60,661 bases of DNA. Source: Micropruina sp. Its GTDB lineage: Bacteria; Actinomycetota; Actinomycetes; Propionibacteriales; Propionibacteriaceae. Both the position numbers and the translations under genes were made by a program. The notes beneath the pieces were generated by a model. It saw nothing but the letters and a program-made list of their open reading frames with translations. It made no database searches and had not been told where the DNA came from. This document shows positions 60,101-60,661 of the stretch, in pieces; the first letter of the stretch is position 1, and the number at the start of each line of letters is the position of its first letter. The stretch is from assembly GCF_027492755.1 (NCBI RefSeq), contig NZ_JAPUED010000125.1, positions 1-60,661 on the forward strand, written 5' to 3'.

Positions 60101-60556
60101 TTCATCACCGGTCAGCGCGGCGTAGGGCTCGGTGATGTGCTGCTGCACCCACTGCCGCACCAGCGGACCGGGACCGCCGTCGGCAGATTCGTCGACGCGG
60201 CGCAGGTAGGGCTCCAGGTCGGCGCGCAGGGCGTCCGGATAGGCGAAGGGGTAGCGCTCGGCGTACTCCTCGAGGAAGAAGTCGAACGGGTTGATCACCG
60301 TCATCTCGGCGACCAGGTCGACGCAGATGTCGAGTTCCTTCACCGGCTCGGGAAACACCAGCCGGGCCAGGTAGTTGCCGAACGGATCCTGCTGCCAGTT
60401 GATGAAATGCGTCCGCGGAGACACCGTCAGCGAGTAGGCGGCGATCGGCGTCCGGGAATGCGGGGCAGGTCGTAGCCGGACGGTGTGCGGGAACACCTGC
60501 ACCGGTTCGGCGAAAGAGTAGGTGGTGCGGTGTTCGAGGGCTACCCGGATCGTCAC
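57104..60556 (-). CDS. Transglutaminase-like domain fused to DUF2126 putative amidoligase
   Basis: GSCRDSA / DLHAWAE / GLDPTSG triad; LTMGGEPTFVS, TPDPGVIEVN, TGGGNH, GNTHRSEFCIDKLY, LELRGFEMPPH; GTG at 60556. Confidence 0.92.
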   Translation of the reverse strand: MTIRVALEHRTTYSFAEPVQVFPHTVRLRPAPHSRTPIAAYSLTVSPRTHFINWQQDPFGNYLARLVFPEPVKELDICVDLVAEMTVINPFDFFLEEYAERYPFAYPDALRADLEPYLRRVDESADGGPGPLVRQWVQQHITEPYAALTGDERPRMVDFLVAVNTALQADIAYTVRMEPGVQSPDTTLAKALGSCRDSAWLLVSILREAGLAARFVSGYLVQLTSDVEALDGPSGPTEDFTDLHAWAEVFIPGAGWIGLDPTSGLFAGEGHIPLSATPHPSSAAPITGATAPVEVTMAFSNTVQRVHEDPRVTKPYTDAQWAAADALGERVDQLLAAGDVRLTMGGEPTFVSADDTATPQWEGAADGPEKRVLAQQLAARLEQRWAPGGVVHHGQGKWYPGEDLPRWNIAITWRTDGIPIWEDRSLLANPWDEPCVEPGSAEAQTGVRDLAAYIAGGLGIPSGHVVPAYEDALSDLLAEAQRPLGEERPTTDLEPDDPALADAEARAAKVAELDQDPGRPRGWVVPVFRLTDEGCWGTAQWRPRRRHLFLTPGTSPMGLRLPLSSLSWREPPEEPERSALEMTGLLPLIVEGEPPEAVIQDIADSPRTALCVEERDGRLYVFLPPLTKLEDALELLSVIETAASAVELPVVLEGYPLPFDLRTKTLSVTPDPGVIEVNTQPTSNWAEQRDLTLSLYEDARQTRLATEKFDLDGTHTGTGGGNHFTLGGATPADSPLLRRPDLLRSLITYWQHHPALSYVFSGRFIGPTSQAPRFDEGRFETLYEMEIAFAELDRVTADAEKFAPPWGGPALPWNTDRLLRHLLTDLTGNTHRSEFCIDKLYSPDSQRGRLGLLELRGFEMPPHARMALVQALLVRCLVAMFWARPYRGRLIRWGTRLHDRFLLPAFAASDLREVVADVNEWLSEAAPGVRFDPAWLDPFLEFRFPRLGETRISGVHLELRQAIEPWHVLGEEATGTGTARYVDSSVERVQLAASGFIEGRHVVTCNGVPVPLTPIANGGWGTALGGDDEPSTVGMFAGGVRYRAWAPWSALHPTMGVHSPLVFDLVDTWNDRSLGGFTYHVVHPGGRNYDTYPVNAVEAESRRAARFQPHGHTAGSVDTSSWPAAEALSGPMGTEYPCTLDLRRYSPGNH

Positions 60557-60661
60557 TTGCGTGAATGTACTCGGCGGGTGCCGCACCGGTCACCCACCTG
60601 AGGCCGCCGAAACCTCACTGAAACGCGGACAGGGTTCACCGGTAATCTGACCGGGTGACTT

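Overview
High-GC actinobacterial chromosome segment containing the replication origin. Gene content and order suggest a Propionibacteriales-type organism (inference only). The conserved core runs gyrA(start)-gyrB-dciA-recF-gnd-dnaN-oriC-dnaA | rpmH-rnpA-yidD-yidC-jag-rsmG-parA-parB ... trxA-trxB ... sigM ... murJ-DUF6049 | cca. DnaA boxes, DnaA-trios and two parS sites are visible in the sequence. Accessory blocks interrupt this backbone. (1) Four uncharacterised membrane-protein genes lie between gyrB and dciA. (2) A ~17.6 kb glycerol/dihydroxyacetone island lies between trxB and a short anti-sigma-like ORF. It carries glpABC, glpFK, dhaLK, two regulators and a DUF4185 gene, plus an unusual module: AraM-type sn-glycerol-1-phosphate dehydrogenase, HAD-IIA phosphatase, a YGG/HPH repeat peptide, a non-MIP membrane protein and a divergent GpsA. 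(3) A frameshifted DUF222-HNH gene and a YciI/ECF sigma pair lie between sigM and murJ. (4) Beyond cca are a Prim-Pol gene, a DUF559 nuclease bracketed by a DnaA box and a long palindrome, and a transglutaminase/ATP-grasp/alpha-E operon. Two dispersed REP-like palindrome families and one CGTC-type hairpin occupy intergenic gaps. No tRNA, rRNA, CRISPR array or transposase was recognised. Many starts were reassigned by eye from RBS or leaderless -10 motifs, and all family calls come from motif recognition, not database searches.
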